Source: Thermoplasmatota archaeon (lineage in GTDB: Archaea > Thermoplasmatota > E2 > DHVEG-1). From it: a DNA stretch of 64,000 nt. The notes below the pieces were generated by a model that was not told the DNA's origin, ran no database searches, and saw nothing but the letters and a program-made list of their open reading frames with translations. Both the position numbers and the translations under genes were made by a program. Numbering within the stretch: position 1 is the first letter of the stretch; every line of letters begins with the position of its first letter. The stretch is taken from positions 5,717-69,716 of the forward strand of contig JAUXAU010000004.1 of NCBI GenBank assembly GCA_030619765.1, read 5' to 3'. Of this stretch, positions 17,855 to 30,907 are shown one piece after another.

Positions 17855-19768
17855 CTATTTTTTCTTCCTCAGGTAAGGAAGCTTAGTTTTTTTATTAATC
17901 ATAACCTTATAACCTTCTGGCAATGGAATTGCCTCGCCTAGGTCAGGCTTTTTTTTACTAAAAAAATGAATGGTTCTTTTTTTCCCAGTAGGTGTTTTTA
18001 TTTCTTTCATATAAAGTGTGTAATCTCCATGCTTATAAAATTCAGCGGTACTGTCAATATCAGGTATTTCTTCTTCTGCATCATAAGATGCCCACTCAGT
18101 AAGTTCCTCAACTTCAGATATTGACTTTGATGGGGAAACCACTTTTTCCTTTGCTCTTTGCTCTTTCTTCCGTTTCTTTAGTTCCGATAACCTTTCTTTC
18201 TCGGCAATTCTAGATTCTTTTTCTTTTTCTCTTGCCTCAATCAATGCCTTTTTTTCTTCTATTATTTTCAATCGTTGTTTTTCTTTTTGTTTCTCTCTGA
18301 GTTTTCTCTCCTTTTCTTTCTTAGCTTTTTCGGCTTCTTTCTCCTTCTTCCTTGCCTCAATCAATGCTCTTTTTGCTTCAATCTTTTTCAATCTCTGTTC
18401 TTCTCTCTCCTGTCTCTTTAGTTCCGCTAATCTTTCTTTCTCGGCAATTCTAGATTCTTTTTCTTTTTCCTTGGATATTTTTTCTATACCTTCTTCAGGA
18501 GGTTTTTCTTCTTTGGATTCTTCAGGCAACTCAACTATTTCTTCTTTGACACGTTCCTCACTCACGGGCTCCCAAGTAGGAATTTCTTCCTCAGTTTCAC
18601 CACTGGGAGGCTGAGGTTCAGCTTCCTCATCAATTTTTTCAAACTCTGAAATTTTTCCTTCTTTTTTCTCCACTGTTTCTTCAGGTTTTGTTTCCTCTTC
18701 TGATTCCCATTCAATTGCTTCTTTTTCTACATCGCCTGTGATTTCTTTGACTTCCCTCCATTCTGCCTTTGCTTCTAATTTTTTTAAAATATTCTCTTCG
18801 CTTTCCTTATCACCGATGACTATCTCGCCACTAATCTTCTTTGATCCTTTTTTTCCTAATTCTTCTGACTTCTGTTCTTCTCTTTCTTTCTTTTTTCGTT
18901 TGCGTTCTTTTAGAAATGACAAAATTCGGACTTTTTGTTGCTCCCTTTCTCTTCTGGCAATTCTAGATTCTTTTTCTTTTTCCTTGGATATTTTTTCTAT
19001 ACCTTCTTCAGAAGGTTTTTCTTCTTTAGATTCTTCAGGCAACTCAACTATTTCTTCTTTGACACGTTCCTCACTCACGGGCTCCCAAGTAGGAATTTCT
19101 TCCTCAGTTTCACCACTGGGAGGCTGAGGTTCAGCTTCCTCATCAATTTTTTCAAACTCTGGAAACTCTTCTGAAATTTTTCCTTCTTTTTTCTCCACTG
19201 CTTCTTCAGGTTTTGTTTCCTCTACCGATTCCCATTCAGGTAGCTCTTCATCGGCAACTTTCATATCTTTGGTTTTTTCTTTTTCGACAGGTTCTGGGAC
19301 AGGCAAGAATACTTCAGCTTCTTCGGAAACTTCCTCTTGTTTTTTTGTTGTTTCTTTAGGTCTAACTTCCAAAAATTCAGGTTCAGAAATATCAACCTTC
19401 TCGATTTCATAAAGATCTACGTCATCAAAAAGATCTTCTTCATGAAATTCGTCTTTAACCTCTTCGGCTCGTTCACCAGGCTCTAGCTTCTTAATTTCTG
19501 GTGGAGTGATCTTCTCTTCTTTTTGATAAATAGTAACTCTTGGTTCCAAACTATCATATTTCTTAGGTAAAAAATCTGATGATATATATTTCCTATCAGT
19601 TTTTAATGATTCTCCAGATAATCTTTTGCGTATTGAATCTAGATTTTTATTTTCTTCAAAAGTGGATGCTTTAAATTTAGGATCATGAGGATTATCTAAA
19701 ATCTGATGTAAGATTTCTATGATGTCTTTTTTAGATTTTTTATCCTTTGGCATTATATCATATACCAA
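17855..19768 (-). CDS. large Glu/Lys-rich low-complexity protein with internal duplication and small globular C-terminal domain
   Basis: Duplicated block of about 90 aa; coiled-coil-like region; C-terminal YTLY...IHFFSK...LPEGY...LPYLRKK. Confidence 0.75.
   Translation of the reverse strand: MVYDIMPKDKKSKKDIIEILHQILDNPHDPKFKASTFEENKNLDSIRKRLSGESLKTDRKYISSDFLPKKYDSLEPRVTIYQKEEKITPPEIKKLEPGERAEEVKDEFHEEDLFDDVDLYEIEKVDISEPEFLEVRPKETTKKQEEVSEEAEVFLPVPEPVEKEKTKDMKVADEELPEWESVEETKPEEAVEKKEGKISEEFPEFEKIDEEAEPQPPSGETEEEIPTWEPVSEERVKEEIVELPEESKEEKPSEEGIEKISKEKEKESRIARREREQQKVRILSFLKERKRKKKEREEQKSEELGKKGSKKISGEIVIGDKESEENILKKLEAKAEWREVKEITGDVEKEAIEWESEEETKPEETVEKKEGKISEFEKIDEEAEPQPPSGETEEEIPTWEPVSEERVKEEIVELPEESKEEKPPEEGIEKISKEKEKESRIAEKERLAELKRQEREEQRLKKIEAKRALIEARKKEKEAEKAKKEKERKLREKQKEKQRLKIIEEKKALIEAREKEKESRIAEKERLSELKKRKKEQRAKEKVVSPSKSISEVEELTEWASYDAEEEIPDIDSTAEFYKHGDYTLYMKEIKTPTGKKRTIHFFSKKKPDLGEAIPLPEGYKVMINKKTKLPYLRKKK
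18443..19237 (-). repeat. intragenic near-identical duplication (about 270-280 bp x2)
   Basis: About 18443-18712 versus 18956-19237. Confidence 0.9.
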
Positions 19769-20041
19769 CTACGGTATAAGATTACTCACATATTAATAAA
19801 TTTTCCTTTTTTATCTTTATTCGTCACCCTAGCATAAACTAAAAGTAGCCTCTAACTGAGTTTTTATTTTGTGATTCTGTTTGTATAGCCTCCAGGTGTT
19901 TCCGAATTGATTCACTGTCATTAATAAAATATCTAACTATTATCGGGAAATTGGCAGAAGGTAACGAAGGTACTCAGAACAAGTAATATTAGCCGATATG
20001 AGTCACCACATCAAAGGATAAAAAGGCTCGAAGGCATGTCT

Positions 20042-20749
20042 TTATCTGTTCTCAAAATAATGTAGAATTTTCTCTTTATCTAATCTTTTTTTCACTTGCG
20101 GATAGAGTTTTATTTCCTCTTCCTCAATCATAACTCTGTCTAAATCCATTTCTCTTAATCTATTAAACAATTCATGATTATTTTGTCTGATAGATACTAG
20201 CGCGATATTGAAACTCAGACTCTCATCTCTTAAATGTTCAAGTGCTTTCAATTGGTATTCAAATCCTCCCTCGGCTGCCGTAAGCCAGGAAAACTCTTCG
20301 GGGGTGCTTCCCTTCAGACACACGCGGATATGCAGATTTTTGAATTGAGATAATTCTTCCACATATGTTTTATCAACTCCCAAAAGTATGCCGTTGGTCT
20401 CAAGAATAAACAAAAATTCTGGGCGTATGTTTTCCAAAAGTGTGATTAAATGTTTTCTACCAATAGTGGGTTCACCACCAGATACCCGTACTCGATTATA
20501 TCCTTTCTTTCTTGCTATTTCATGGAGTTTATTAGCCACTTGTTGTGGCGAATAGGATTCGCCTGTATTTTTTGCATTCCATACACTCGAACCAGACCAG
20601 CAAAATTTACAACGAAGATTACATCCAACTGTATCAGCAGTTGATATGCCTCCATAGAAACCTGTTCCACGAAAACGATAATATTTCTTCATATATCCAT
20701 TAACAACAATATTCTCAGTTTTTTTAGAAAGTTCAACTGGATTATACAT
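20042..20749 (-). CDS. radical SAM protein (COG5014-like)
   Basis: FYGGISTADTVGCNLRCKFCW, RVSGGEPT, FILETNG. Confidence 0.9.
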   Translation of the reverse strand: MYNPVELSKKTENIVVNGYMKKYYRFRGTGFYGGISTADTVGCNLRCKFCWSGSSVWNAKNTGESYSPQQVANKLHEIARKKGYNRVRVSGGEPTIGRKHLITLLENIRPEFLFILETNGILLGVDKTYVEELSQFKNLHIRVCLKGSTPEEFSWLTAAEGGFEYQLKALEHLRDESLSFNIALVSIRQNNHELFNRLREMDLDRVMIEEEEIKLYPQVKKRLDKEKILHYFENR

Positions 20750-20909
20750 TTAAACAAATATTTATGTGAGGAACTATAATATGCTTTTGGGATGACTTTA
20801 AATGATGGATAAAACGCAATCCAGAAAGGAAAAAAAGACCGCTGGAGAGGCAAATAATAGGCCAAAAAATTTATTAAACGGGTAACTTATTAATCATTTT
20901 CTGATGTAA

Positions 20910-22283
<1,374 letters not shown>

Positions 22284-22291
<8 letters not shown>

Positions 22292-23549
22292 TTTCTTCAA
22301 ATATTTCTTTGGCCCTATCAAGTTTTATCTTCTTTTCTTTGATCATTTGTTCTGCCACTTTATCTATCTGATCTCCCTTGGCACCAGCCATGACAGCAAT
22401 GTTTTTTGCATGAAGAGACATGTGTCCTTTTTGTATACCTGCAGTTGAAAGTGCGAGTACTGCTGCAAAGTTTTGTGCAAGTCCTAAACTAGCAACTACT
22501 CCAGCGAGTTCTTGTGCCGTCTTTATGTTAAGTATTTTTTTGCAGAGTATAGCCTTTGGATGTATATTTCCAGCACCACCAATAATTCCCACCGCAAGAG
22601 GCAATTCTAATTCACCAACCAGATCTCCATTTTTGTCTTTGTGATATGAAGAAAGTGAGGTATAAAAACCGTCTCTTGCTGCATAGGCATGTGCACCTGC
22701 TTCAATAGCACGGAAATCGTTTCCTGTGGCAATAATTAATGCGTCGATACCATTCATTATTCCTTTGTTATGGGTTGCTGCCCGATAAGGATCAATTGAT
22801 GCCAGGGTATAAGATTCAAGAAAAGCATCGACAACGTGTTCACCGCCCATTTTTTCCTTGTCAAAAACAGCTTTTGATTTTACAATTCGTTTGTCGGCAA
22901 GATTTGAAAGTATCTTTAACCTAACTTTCCCACTGGATATCTCTTCGAGGATTGGAGCTAAAGCCTCACACATTGTATTAACTGCATTTGCACCCATGGC
23001 ATCGCGAACATCAACAATTAGATGAATCACTATCATTTTCCCGATAGGACTGTCAAGTATTCGAATCTCTAAATCCTTTGCTCCGCCGCCAAACTTTACA
23101 AGAAGCTCGTCCTGAGCATTTGCTGTTCGTAAAATCTCTTTCTTATGATCCAATATTTTTTGTGCGGCACCTACCACATCCTTTACATTCAAAAGTTGAA
23201 TTTGACCGATCATCAAAGGATCCGTACTTTCAGTTGTGAATCCTCCTTTTATCCTAGCTATCTTGGCTGCATTGCTTGCTGCAGCAACAACACTTGATTC
23301 TTCGATAGCCATTGGAATAAGATAATCTTTGCCATTAACGAGAAAATTAACTGCAACACCGAGTGGCAACTCAAACGTTCCCAAAACATTCTCTATCATT
23401 CTGTCTGCAGTTTCTATATCTAGTGAAGAAGAAAATATCTTTGTTTCCTCCTCGTTCAAATCAGAAAAATTCTTTACAAATTCTACTCTTTTTTCAACTG
23501 GCATTTTATAAAGTCCTGAGACTTTGGATGATTTCTCAACACTTGACAT
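22284..23549 (-). CDS. mvaA: hydroxymethylglutaryl-CoA reductase, class II
   Basis: ENVLG, EESSVVAA, DAMGANAVN, RAATHNKGIMNG, GIQKGHMSLH. Confidence 0.95.
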
Positions 23550-23786
23550 CTTACTATGCCTCCTATTTTAGCTTTCCAGAAAACAGTTTACTATTTTTAT
23601 AATTGCGCATTTTAGTTACGTTTATTGTCGATGAATTACCAATATGCAGTTCTATTTCTGTGTTTTGCACTCCGATTATTTTTAAATTATTAGCAGGTTC
23701 TTTTCATGTTTTTTGATTACCTTTTTATGATAATTACAATAATGATTTTTAAAAAAAGATAAACAAGTGGTTTGACAGTTGAAATA

Positions 23787-25481
23787 TTATACTTTTATAA
23801 AGAACAATAACACAAACGCATTAGTATTTTTTATATTCATAGTTCCACCTGGCATCTTTGCATTCACTGTCACATCTGTTCTACCTATTCCCAATATTAA
23901 ATCTGATCTTACCGTTACTTGGCCTCCAGGAGGAATATTTGCAATCGAACCAGGGGTTTGATAACCTCGCAATATTAAACCACCGAGTAAGTTGATATTC
24001 CAGCTTATATTTTCAGCGTCTCCATCTCCAATGTTTTTGATAACAGCATTTACCTTAAATAATCCACCAGTTATATTGCCTATCTCGATTAAAGGTTCTA
24101 CAATATGTATTGAAAATGGTTCTGACCAATTACTCTCGGCACTATAAATATCCTTAGCTTTAACCTTAATTTCATAATCCCCTCCTGCAGTCCAAATATG
24201 ATTTGCAGTTATATTTATACCCTGAAAGTATGGTCCAAGCCACTCGCTGAAATTTCCATCACCCCAATCCCATTTATAAAATACTTGATCATTATCAGGG
24301 TCGGTCGTATTACTCGAAAATGTATATTCAAATCCTACGGCCCCATTTGTTGGTCCAGATGGTTGTTCTGGTGTCTTTGGCGGATCATTTATTCTTGTTG
24401 TGAAAAACCATATTGGCCCAGATGTTGAAGCATTATAATTATCCCAGGCAATAATCCTCCAATAATAGGTTAAGTTAACATCAAGTGTACCTGGATCATA
24501 TGCGGTTGCAGATTGATTATTTACTACTTTGGGTGGTGGGCTAACTGTTCCAAAGCATACATCATATGTTATAATATCACCAAGATCAGGATCGCCACCA
24601 ACCCAAGACATATCTATATTTACATCAACACCTGTCGACCCATTTGCAGGATAAGGATCGCTTGGTTCATATGGTGGATTATTTGGAATGTGTGCTATCT
24701 CTGTTTCATCTACATAACCATTACTGTTGTTATATACTGCCATTGTAACTTGAATATTGTTGGGAATAATATCACCAAAATCATTACCATGTTCATCTTC
24801 ATGGTCATTGCCGTTCCAAATAGTGCTATTTATATAACTGCTCCCGGCATCTATTGAAATATTTTCATCAAAAGCAAAGTCTAAAAATCCTAAATGATAT
24901 GGTACACCCAGAGATGTGTTATAACGAGATGAAATTTCAGTAATAAATGCTTGAATGTGCCCATTATATTGTGCAAATTCATTGTTTTGAATAACAATAG
25001 AAACATTAATCGTGGCATTTCCCAGCCATGATACAGTTATATTTGCGGTTATATTCGTCACCGTTCTATTTCCGCATATGTTAATGACCCCTGGAAGTTG
25101 GTTGAGATTATCACCTACTATCCTCTGATAATCCCCATCAAAAATAGAAGTTGGGGTAGATGAAAAACCATAACTATTTGACCAATTATATGCATCTCTA
25201 TTTAGAACATTCCCAAGTTCATCAAACACAATCATCGATGCATACTCAAAATCATAGTCTCCTGAAACGTATGTATTATACACGTTTTGACTCCAATTAT
25301 GACAGGGGCCACAAACTTGGGCAGATATTATTCCAGCAAAAACGGTATGCGAATAACCCTGGTTGGCCCCTTCACTTATCAATCTTATTGATGGTCTTGT
25401 AGATGATATTGCCACTGAAAAAGTCGAGATAATAAGCATACTGATTAATATATAAGTTATCTTCTTTGTCATTTTTATCAT
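23787..25481 (-). CDS. secreted protein with thioredoxin-like CxxC N-terminus and FN3/PKD-like domains
   Basis: Signal peptide, CGPCH, WDWGDG PKD motif. Confidence 0.8.
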   Translation of the reverse strand: MIKMTKKITYILISMLIISTFSVAISSTRPSIRLISEGANQGYSHTVFAGIISAQVCGPCHNWSQNVYNTYVSGDYDFEYASMIVFDELGNVLNRDAYNWSNSYGFSSTPTSIFDGDYQRIVGDNLNQLPGVINICGNRTVTNITANITVSWLGNATINVSIVIQNNEFAQYNGHIQAFITEISSRYNTSLGVPYHLGFLDFAFDENISIDAGSSYINSTIWNGNDHEDEHGNDFGDIIPNNIQVTMAVYNNSNGYVDETEIAHIPNNPPYEPSDPYPANGSTGVDVNIDMSWVGGDPDLGDIITYDVCFGTVSPPPKVVNNQSATAYDPGTLDVNLTYYWRIIAWDNYNASTSGPIWFFTTRINDPPKTPEQPSGPTNGAVGFEYTFSSNTTDPDNDQVFYKWDWGDGNFSEWLGPYFQGINITANHIWTAGGDYEIKVKAKDIYSAESNWSEPFSIHIVEPLIEIGNITGGLFKVNAVIKNIGDGDAENISWNINLLGGLILRGYQTPGSIANIPPGGQVTVRSDLILGIGRTDVTVNAKMPGGTMNIKNTNAFVLLFFIKV

Positions 25482-25577
25482 TTATATAACTATTATTAGA
25501 ATACCATATATATAAATATTTATGACAAATAATCTAGTTTCTTGCAAAATACGCCGATATAACGTAAATTGGAAGTA

Positions 25578-27548
25578 TTAACTTCTCTTGTTAGTCTCTC
25601 TTGTTTTAACTGCAATACCATAGTTAAAGGAAAGCATCTCGCTTTTGTTTAACAGGCATCTTCCAACTGCAAGTAAATTATCTTTTTCATCAACAATTAA
25701 ACATTCATCAAGTGGTATTAATGCTGAATCACAATCTTCTACAAACTTAGCAAAGACACTTTTCCCTTCTTTAATAAAAGGAACAGCATCCTCTCTTACA
25801 ACAACTCTCAACTTTAGATATTTGAAAAAATCATGTAAAAGACTTGCACCGCCGATTTTTAAAGTAAACATGCCATCTGATGCTCGCATAGACAAAATGT
25901 GATTTCCATCACAATATATATTACGTATTTTACCAGTCTTTTTTGATTTGACAATCTTCATCTTTCCATTAAATAATGCCTTGGAGGCGTCTTTTCCGAA
26001 CTGCATGTCTGAAACAGCAGAAATTCTTCTAAAATCCATATCTATTTTCCTTTCTTCAGATACATCTGTTTCCAGGCTAGTTTTACCATCTTTCCAAAGT
26101 ATTACCTTTCTTCCCATCAAAAATTCATCAAATATCTTTCTTGATTCTTCATCAGTCTCTTTATCTATATTTTTAGGAAACACAGACTGTGCAAACGGAT
26201 ACATTTCATCAAGTTCAATAGGTACTGGACCCAAATGAGAATGTACTACTAGGTTTACATTTTTCTTTTTAAGAATTTCTTTTATGTATGGAGAATAGTA
26301 AGTTGAATATGGTTTATTTCCCTCTGGAAATACAATGGCAGTATCAAACAATTGTTCATATCTATTTAACAAACGTTTATGGATCCTATAAATAATAGGT
26401 CTATGAATAGTATGATCTCCAGTGTAAAATAAAGCTTTATTTTTGCTAATCGGCTCAAATTTTTCTAACCAAATCTTATTTTCTGTTTTTCTCAATTCTT
26501 TTAATGCATCTAGTAAATAGGGATTTGAACTGGCACGTCTTTCTACCAATTCCCAGAGATTTCCTTCAGAAATAGCAGATCTAATTTTTTTAATCTCGGC
26601 AAAACTAATGTAGAGATTATGCCTTGCTAATTGTAAAATAAGATCTGATTTCTCTAACTTTTTAAGCTCAGATGCAGTAAATTTTGTACATACGGGGCAA
26701 CAGCACGGTAGCTCATTTAAATCATCTAGCCTCTCTGTTCCCCATGGAAAAATCATTCTTCCATCATTTGCATATTTTGCATATGCAGAAGAATCAAAGA
26801 AGTCACAACCGAGTGCGACAGCCAAAGGAAATATCAATGGATGGCCTGCACCAAATAAGTGAACTGGCTTTGAAGGGTCTAGTCCTCTTTTGGATGAAAT
26901 GATGCACCGTACAAGGTCTACATATCTTTGATTTTCCATTAGAGGTACTACTCCACCTATTGGATAAAAATCAGCATCAATTTTACTAAGTTCTTTTGCA
27001 CATTTCACTCTAAGATCAGGATAAATAGAGCCCTGGACAGTACAGGCAAGCAACATATCGTCTTTCTCAGATGCGCTCTTTTTAGAGCGTTTAATCGTTT
27101 CTTTAATCCCCTGCTCTGCTTCTTTTTTGGTTTGATCAGGCCTTCCAAAAACATCTAAGACGGTCCCTACATCACTTCCAATATCTCTCTGAAATTTTAC
27201 AATCTCGATTGGGTCTATATCAATATCACCATATACATAAGACTGAAACGTTCCAGAGTCCGTCATAATGGGACCATCAAAATCTATGAGACTGTGAACT
27301 CCATTTTCTAAAACTTTCTCTTTATGTTCTTTGTGTTTGTTTATTATGTAAGAGTTAGTAATAACCATCTCGGTGCCAAAGAGTTTTTTCATTTCTCTTG
27401 GAGAGATAAGCATCTTGTTTGGATTTATGACAGGCATTAGATTAGGGGTAGTAACTGTTCCGTGTTTTGTGGTAAATTTACAAACCCTTCCTGCTGCGTC
27501 TCTGCCCTTAATTTCGAATTTCATTTCAAAGAGGATATCGAAATACAA
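25578..27548 (-). CDS. tgtA: tRNA-guanine(15) transglycosylase (archaeosine pathway) with PUA domain
   Basis: MTDSGTFQ, IGGVVPLME, HLFGAGHP, FDSSAY, CCCPVC, C-terminal PUA. Confidence 0.96.
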   Translation of the reverse strand: MYFDILFEMKFEIKGRDAAGRVCKFTTKHGTVTTPNLMPVINPNKMLISPREMKKLFGTEMVITNSYIINKHKEHKEKVLENGVHSLIDFDGPIMTDSGTFQSYVYGDIDIDPIEIVKFQRDIGSDVGTVLDVFGRPDQTKKEAEQGIKETIKRSKKSASEKDDMLLACTVQGSIYPDLRVKCAKELSKIDADFYPIGGVVPLMENQRYVDLVRCIISSKRGLDPSKPVHLFGAGHPLIFPLAVALGCDFFDSSAYAKYANDGRMIFPWGTERLDDLNELPCCCPVCTKFTASELKKLEKSDLILQLARHNLYISFAEIKKIRSAISEGNLWELVERRASSNPYLLDALKELRKTENKIWLEKFEPISKNKALFYTGDHTIHRPIIYRIHKRLLNRYEQLFDTAIVFPEGNKPYSTYYSPYIKEILKKKNVNLVVHSHLGPVPIELDEMYPFAQSVFPKNIDKETDEESRKIFDEFLMGRKVILWKDGKTSLETDVSEERKIDMDFRRISAVSDMQFGKDASKALFNGKMKIVKSKKTGKIRNIYCDGNHILSMRASDGMFTLKIGGASLLHDFFKYLKLRVVVREDAVPFIKEGKSVFAKFVEDCDSALIPLDECLIVDEKDNLLAVGRCLLNKSEMLSFNYGIAVKTRETNKRS

Positions 27549-27694
27549 TATTTAGTCTTTAGTTGAGAAGAAATTATCTATTTGTTGCCAATTGTATCTT
27601 TTTCAAAGCTTCAAATTTTTTATTTTGTAAAAATTCTACTATTTAAACGTATTTTTTATCTTTACGCGTTTACTTTATTAATGTCCACCATTTA

Positions 27695-28462
27695 TTAAGC
27701 GCCCATCTGTATAGGACTCACGATTCTTTTAAGTGTCGCAATTGCAGACAACGATGCCATGTAACTGGACTTTGGATTATTTGGATTAGGCATATTCTCT
27801 ATTTCTGCTCGTAACCTACCAAATTTCCCATGAGCCAAAATTTTATGATTTATTCTAGTAGCGACTGGGTCTGCAACTATTTCTACTTTTGTATCATCAA
27901 AACCTATACCTGCAAGAGATACGCTTGCAGCTACATTGATATTCTTTGGGAATTTTTTAACTGCTTCTCTGGCATTTCCCTCAAAAAGAATTGTTCTTTT
28001 ATTAAAATTTTTGCCTAGAGACGACGGCGGCTTTGTTGTTACAAGAGTTACTCCATCTATGCCACCAACACTGGCTGAAGATAACCCATCGATTCCAAAT
28101 ACTGCCCCAGCTGGAATGTAAATCTTACAATTTTTCTCTCTCGCAATTTTTTCGAGTTTCTTTCTAAAACTATCGTCAAGTAAACTTCCCACACTCATTA
28201 AAATCAAATCTCTGCCAGCTCTAAGTATTTTTTCAGCATATTTTCTTACTGCCTGTTGTGAGGCTCCCTCAAAAATAACATCGACATCTTCCAAAAAATC
28301 TTCTACATCATTGGTCTCTCCTTTTTTAATTGTTTTACAGAGATTCTCGGCTGCGTCCATGTCGGCGTCAAAAAGATATATCTTTTCAATCTCTTCCATC
28401 GTATCAGCAGCTTTTGCAACGTCAGTTCCAATTGCCCCACAACCAATTATTCCAAGATTCAT
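27695..28462 (-). CDS. nadX: L-aspartate dehydrogenase
   Basis: GCGAIG, FPKNINVAA, NPKSSYMA; divergent from nadC. Confidence 0.94.
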   Translation of the reverse strand: MNLGIIGCGAIGTDVAKAADTMEEIEKIYLFDADMDAAENLCKTIKKGETNDVEDFLEDVDVIFEGASQQAVRKYAEKILRAGRDLILMSVGSLLDDSFRKKLEKIAREKNCKIYIPAGAVFGIDGLSSASVGGIDGVTLVTTKPPSSLGKNFNKRTILFEGNAREAVKKFPKNINVAASVSLAGIGFDDTKVEIVADPVATRINHKILAHGKFGRLRAEIENMPNPNNPKSSYMASLSAIATLKRIVSPIQMGA

Positions 28463-28510
28463 ACAACTACCAAAACCTTAAAACGGCAAACCAATATAAA
28501 AAATATTATC

Positions 28511-29326
28511 ATGGACAATATTGATAGATTTCTAAAGGAAGATCTTGGAAGAGAAGGAGACATAACGTCTGAGTCTTTGTTTACTAACGAAGATGCCCAG
28601 GCAGAAATTATTGCAAAAGAAGATTGCATTGTTGCTGGCCTTGAAGAAATAGGAATAATTTTTGAAAGAACAGGCGCTGAAACAAAACTACGGGTAAATG
28701 ATGGGGACTCTGTCAAAAAAGACACGATAGTAGCTAAAATTATAGGACCAATATGTTCCATTCTTAAAGGCGAGAGATTAGCTCTTAACATGATAGGTAG
28801 AATGAGTGGTATTGCAACAGAAACAAAAAAGCTTGTAAATATCTGTCAAAAAATTAATCCCAATATAACTATAGCTGCCACAAGAAAAACGACACCTGGA
28901 TTTCGTAAATATGAAAAAAAGGCTGTCGTGATTGGTGGAGGGGAACCACATAGATTTGGATTATATGACGCAGTTATGATCAAAGATAATCATCTAAAAT
29001 TAATTGGCTCTGTAGAAGAAGCGATACAAAGAGTAAATAAAAAAATTCATAACAAAGTTATAGAAATTGAAGTAGAAAATGAAAAAGATGCGCTTATTGC
29101 TGCAAAGTTGAATGTAGATGTCATAATGCTTGATAATTTTGATCCAGATTTAGGAGAAAACACTGCAAAAAAAATTAGAAAAACAAATCCAAATATCCTT
29201 ATCGAAGTATCTGGAGGAATTACTCAAAAAAATATTGAAGAATATGCTTCTTTTGCAGATCGCATTTCACTTGGTTATTTGACACATTCAATTAAAAATA
29301 AAGATTTTTCTTTAGAAATTAATTAA
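28511..29326 (+). CDS. nadC: quinolinate phosphoribosyltransferase
   Basis: TRKTTPG, HRFGLYDAVMIKDNH, IMLDN, EVSGG. Confidence 0.97.
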   Translation: MDNIDRFLKEDLGREGDITSESLFTNEDAQAEIIAKEDCIVAGLEEIGIIFERTGAETKLRVNDGDSVKKDTIVAKIIGPICSILKGERLALNMIGRMSGIATETKKLVNICQKINPNITIAATRKTTPGFRKYEKKAVVIGGGEPHRFGLYDAVMIKDNHLKLIGSVEEAIQRVNKKIHNKVIEIEVENEKDALIAAKLNVDVIMLDNFDPDLGENTAKKIRKTNPNILIEVSGGITQKNIEEYASFADRISLGYLTHSIKNKDFSLEIN

Positions 29327-29390
29327 TTTTAAGGAAACTTTTAAGAACAGAAATGTCTTTACAATATTGTAAAAAATATAATATTCATAA

Positions 29391-30593
29391 GTGAGGGATT
29401 CTTATTATGCGGATGGTGACGTATTAATGAAAAAGATTGTTGAAGATGCAATAGCATCTGCCAATAATGAGAAGAAGGATGATGTAGACACTGCTAAAAA
29501 AAATGTAAAGACAGTAAAAAAATCCAATAGAGATGATGCTCAAGAAAGTTTCAAGATAGCAGGTGGTGTTGACAACAAAGAATTAGAGGAAGTTTTGGCG
29601 GGACTTACCACAACCATTAAAGTTGTTGGATGTGGTGGCGCTGGAACAAATACAATTGCACGTTGTTTTGCAGAGGGCATTACTGGTGCAGCTTTGATAT
29701 CTATCAATACTGATGCTCAGCACCTTTTACTATCAGAATCACCCCATAAGATCTTAATTGGTAGACATCTTACTCGTGGTTTAGGTGCTGGTTCTCTCCC
29801 ACAGATCGGAGACGAAGCTGCAAGGGAGAGCGAACAAGACATTCGTGGGGCAATTGTACCTGCCGATATGATTTTTGTTACATGTGGACTTGGTGGTGGA
29901 ACTGGAACTGGTTCTGCTCCTATTGTAGCTCAGATTGCTAAAGAAACAGGTGCACTAACAATAGGTGTAGTAACCCTTCCATTCGGTGTTGAAGGCATCA
30001 TAAGAATGGAAAATGCAGAAGAAGGTTTGAAACGTTTAAGAGAAATCTGTGATACTGTCATTGTTATTCCAAATGACAAATTGCTTGATATTGTTCCTAA
30101 CTTATCATTAAACGCTGCCTTTAAAGTTGCCGATGAAGTGCTTATGCGATCAATAAAAGGCATAACTGAAATGATAACAATGCCGGGATTAGTCAATTTA
30201 GATTTTGCTGATCTTAAAACAGTAATGAAACGAGGCGGAGTAGCTATGATTGGTCTTGGTGAAGCAGAAGGTGAAAACAAAGCAGTAAATGCTGTTTCTG
30301 AAGCACTTAATTCTCCATTATTAGAAGTTGATATCTCAGGTGCAACGGGAGCTCTTGTCAATGTTACGGGCGGAGATGATATGACCATTAGTGAAGCGGA
30401 AAAGGTAGTAGAAGAAATTTATTCTAAAATTGATCAAAATGCACGTATTATATGGGGTACAACCATTGAACCATCGCTCAAAAGAAGTTTACGTGCTATG
30501 TTGGTTATTACAGGAGTAAAATCAAAACAGATTCTTGGTCCATCACAAAGATCTTTTGAAAATAAAGAATATGGGATTGATTTTGTAGCATAA
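29391..30593 (+). CDS. ftsZ: cell division protein FtsZ
   Basis: [23 protein letters not shown]; exact start uncertain. Confidence 0.98.
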   Translation: MRDSYYADGDVLMKKIVEDAIASANNEKKDDVDTAKKNVKTVKKSNRDDAQESFKIAGGVDNKELEEVLAGLTTTIKVVGCGGAGTNTIARCFAEGITGAALISINTDAQHLLLSESPHKILIGRHLTRGLGAGSLPQIGDEAARESEQDIRGAIVPADMIFVTCGLGGGTGTGSAPIVAQIAKETGALTIGVVTLPFGVEGIIRMENAEEGLKRLREICDTVIVIPNDKLLDIVPNLSLNAAFKVADEVLMRSIKGITEMITMPGLVNLDFADLKTVMKRGGVAMIGLGEAEGENKAVNAVSEALNSPLLEVDISGATGALVNVTGGDDMTISEAEKVVEEIYSKIDQNARIIWGTTIEPSLKRSLRAMLVITGVKSKQILGPSQRSFENKEYGIDFVA

Positions 30594-30646
30594 AAACAGC
30601 CAAATTCTTTATATATGACCTAACATTTGACCCTTACTCATTATAG

Positions 30647-30907
30647 GTGTCTAGATTGAAAAAGGACGTAGGCATAATCGACAGAGCTTGGGAACTACAA
30701 CACAAAATAGAAGTAAGACAACAAAGGATAGGTAAAGGGAAGTACGGGAGAGTCCTTAAAATGGCTCGTAAGCCCACCAATGAGGAATATGAAAAAACAT
30801 CTAAGATTACAGGCTTAGGGATACTATTGGTTGGATCAATCGGCTTTACTATATACATTATTAAAGAGTTAGCAGTACCTTGGATATTATCAGCACTTGG
30901 TTATTGA
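30647..30907 (+). CDS. secE: protein translocase subunit SecE (Sec61 gamma)
   Basis: [17 protein letters not shown] segment; ftsZ-secE-spt5 synteny. Confidence 0.93.
   Translation: MSRLKKDVGIIDRAWELQHKIEVRQQRIGKGKYGRVLKMARKPTNEEYEKTSKITGLGILLVGSIGFTIYIIKELAVPWILSALGY

Noticed and set aside
19800-20040. Intergenic stretch of moderate GC as a possible ncRNA
   Set aside because: I found no convincing stems, repeats or homologous copy in the window.
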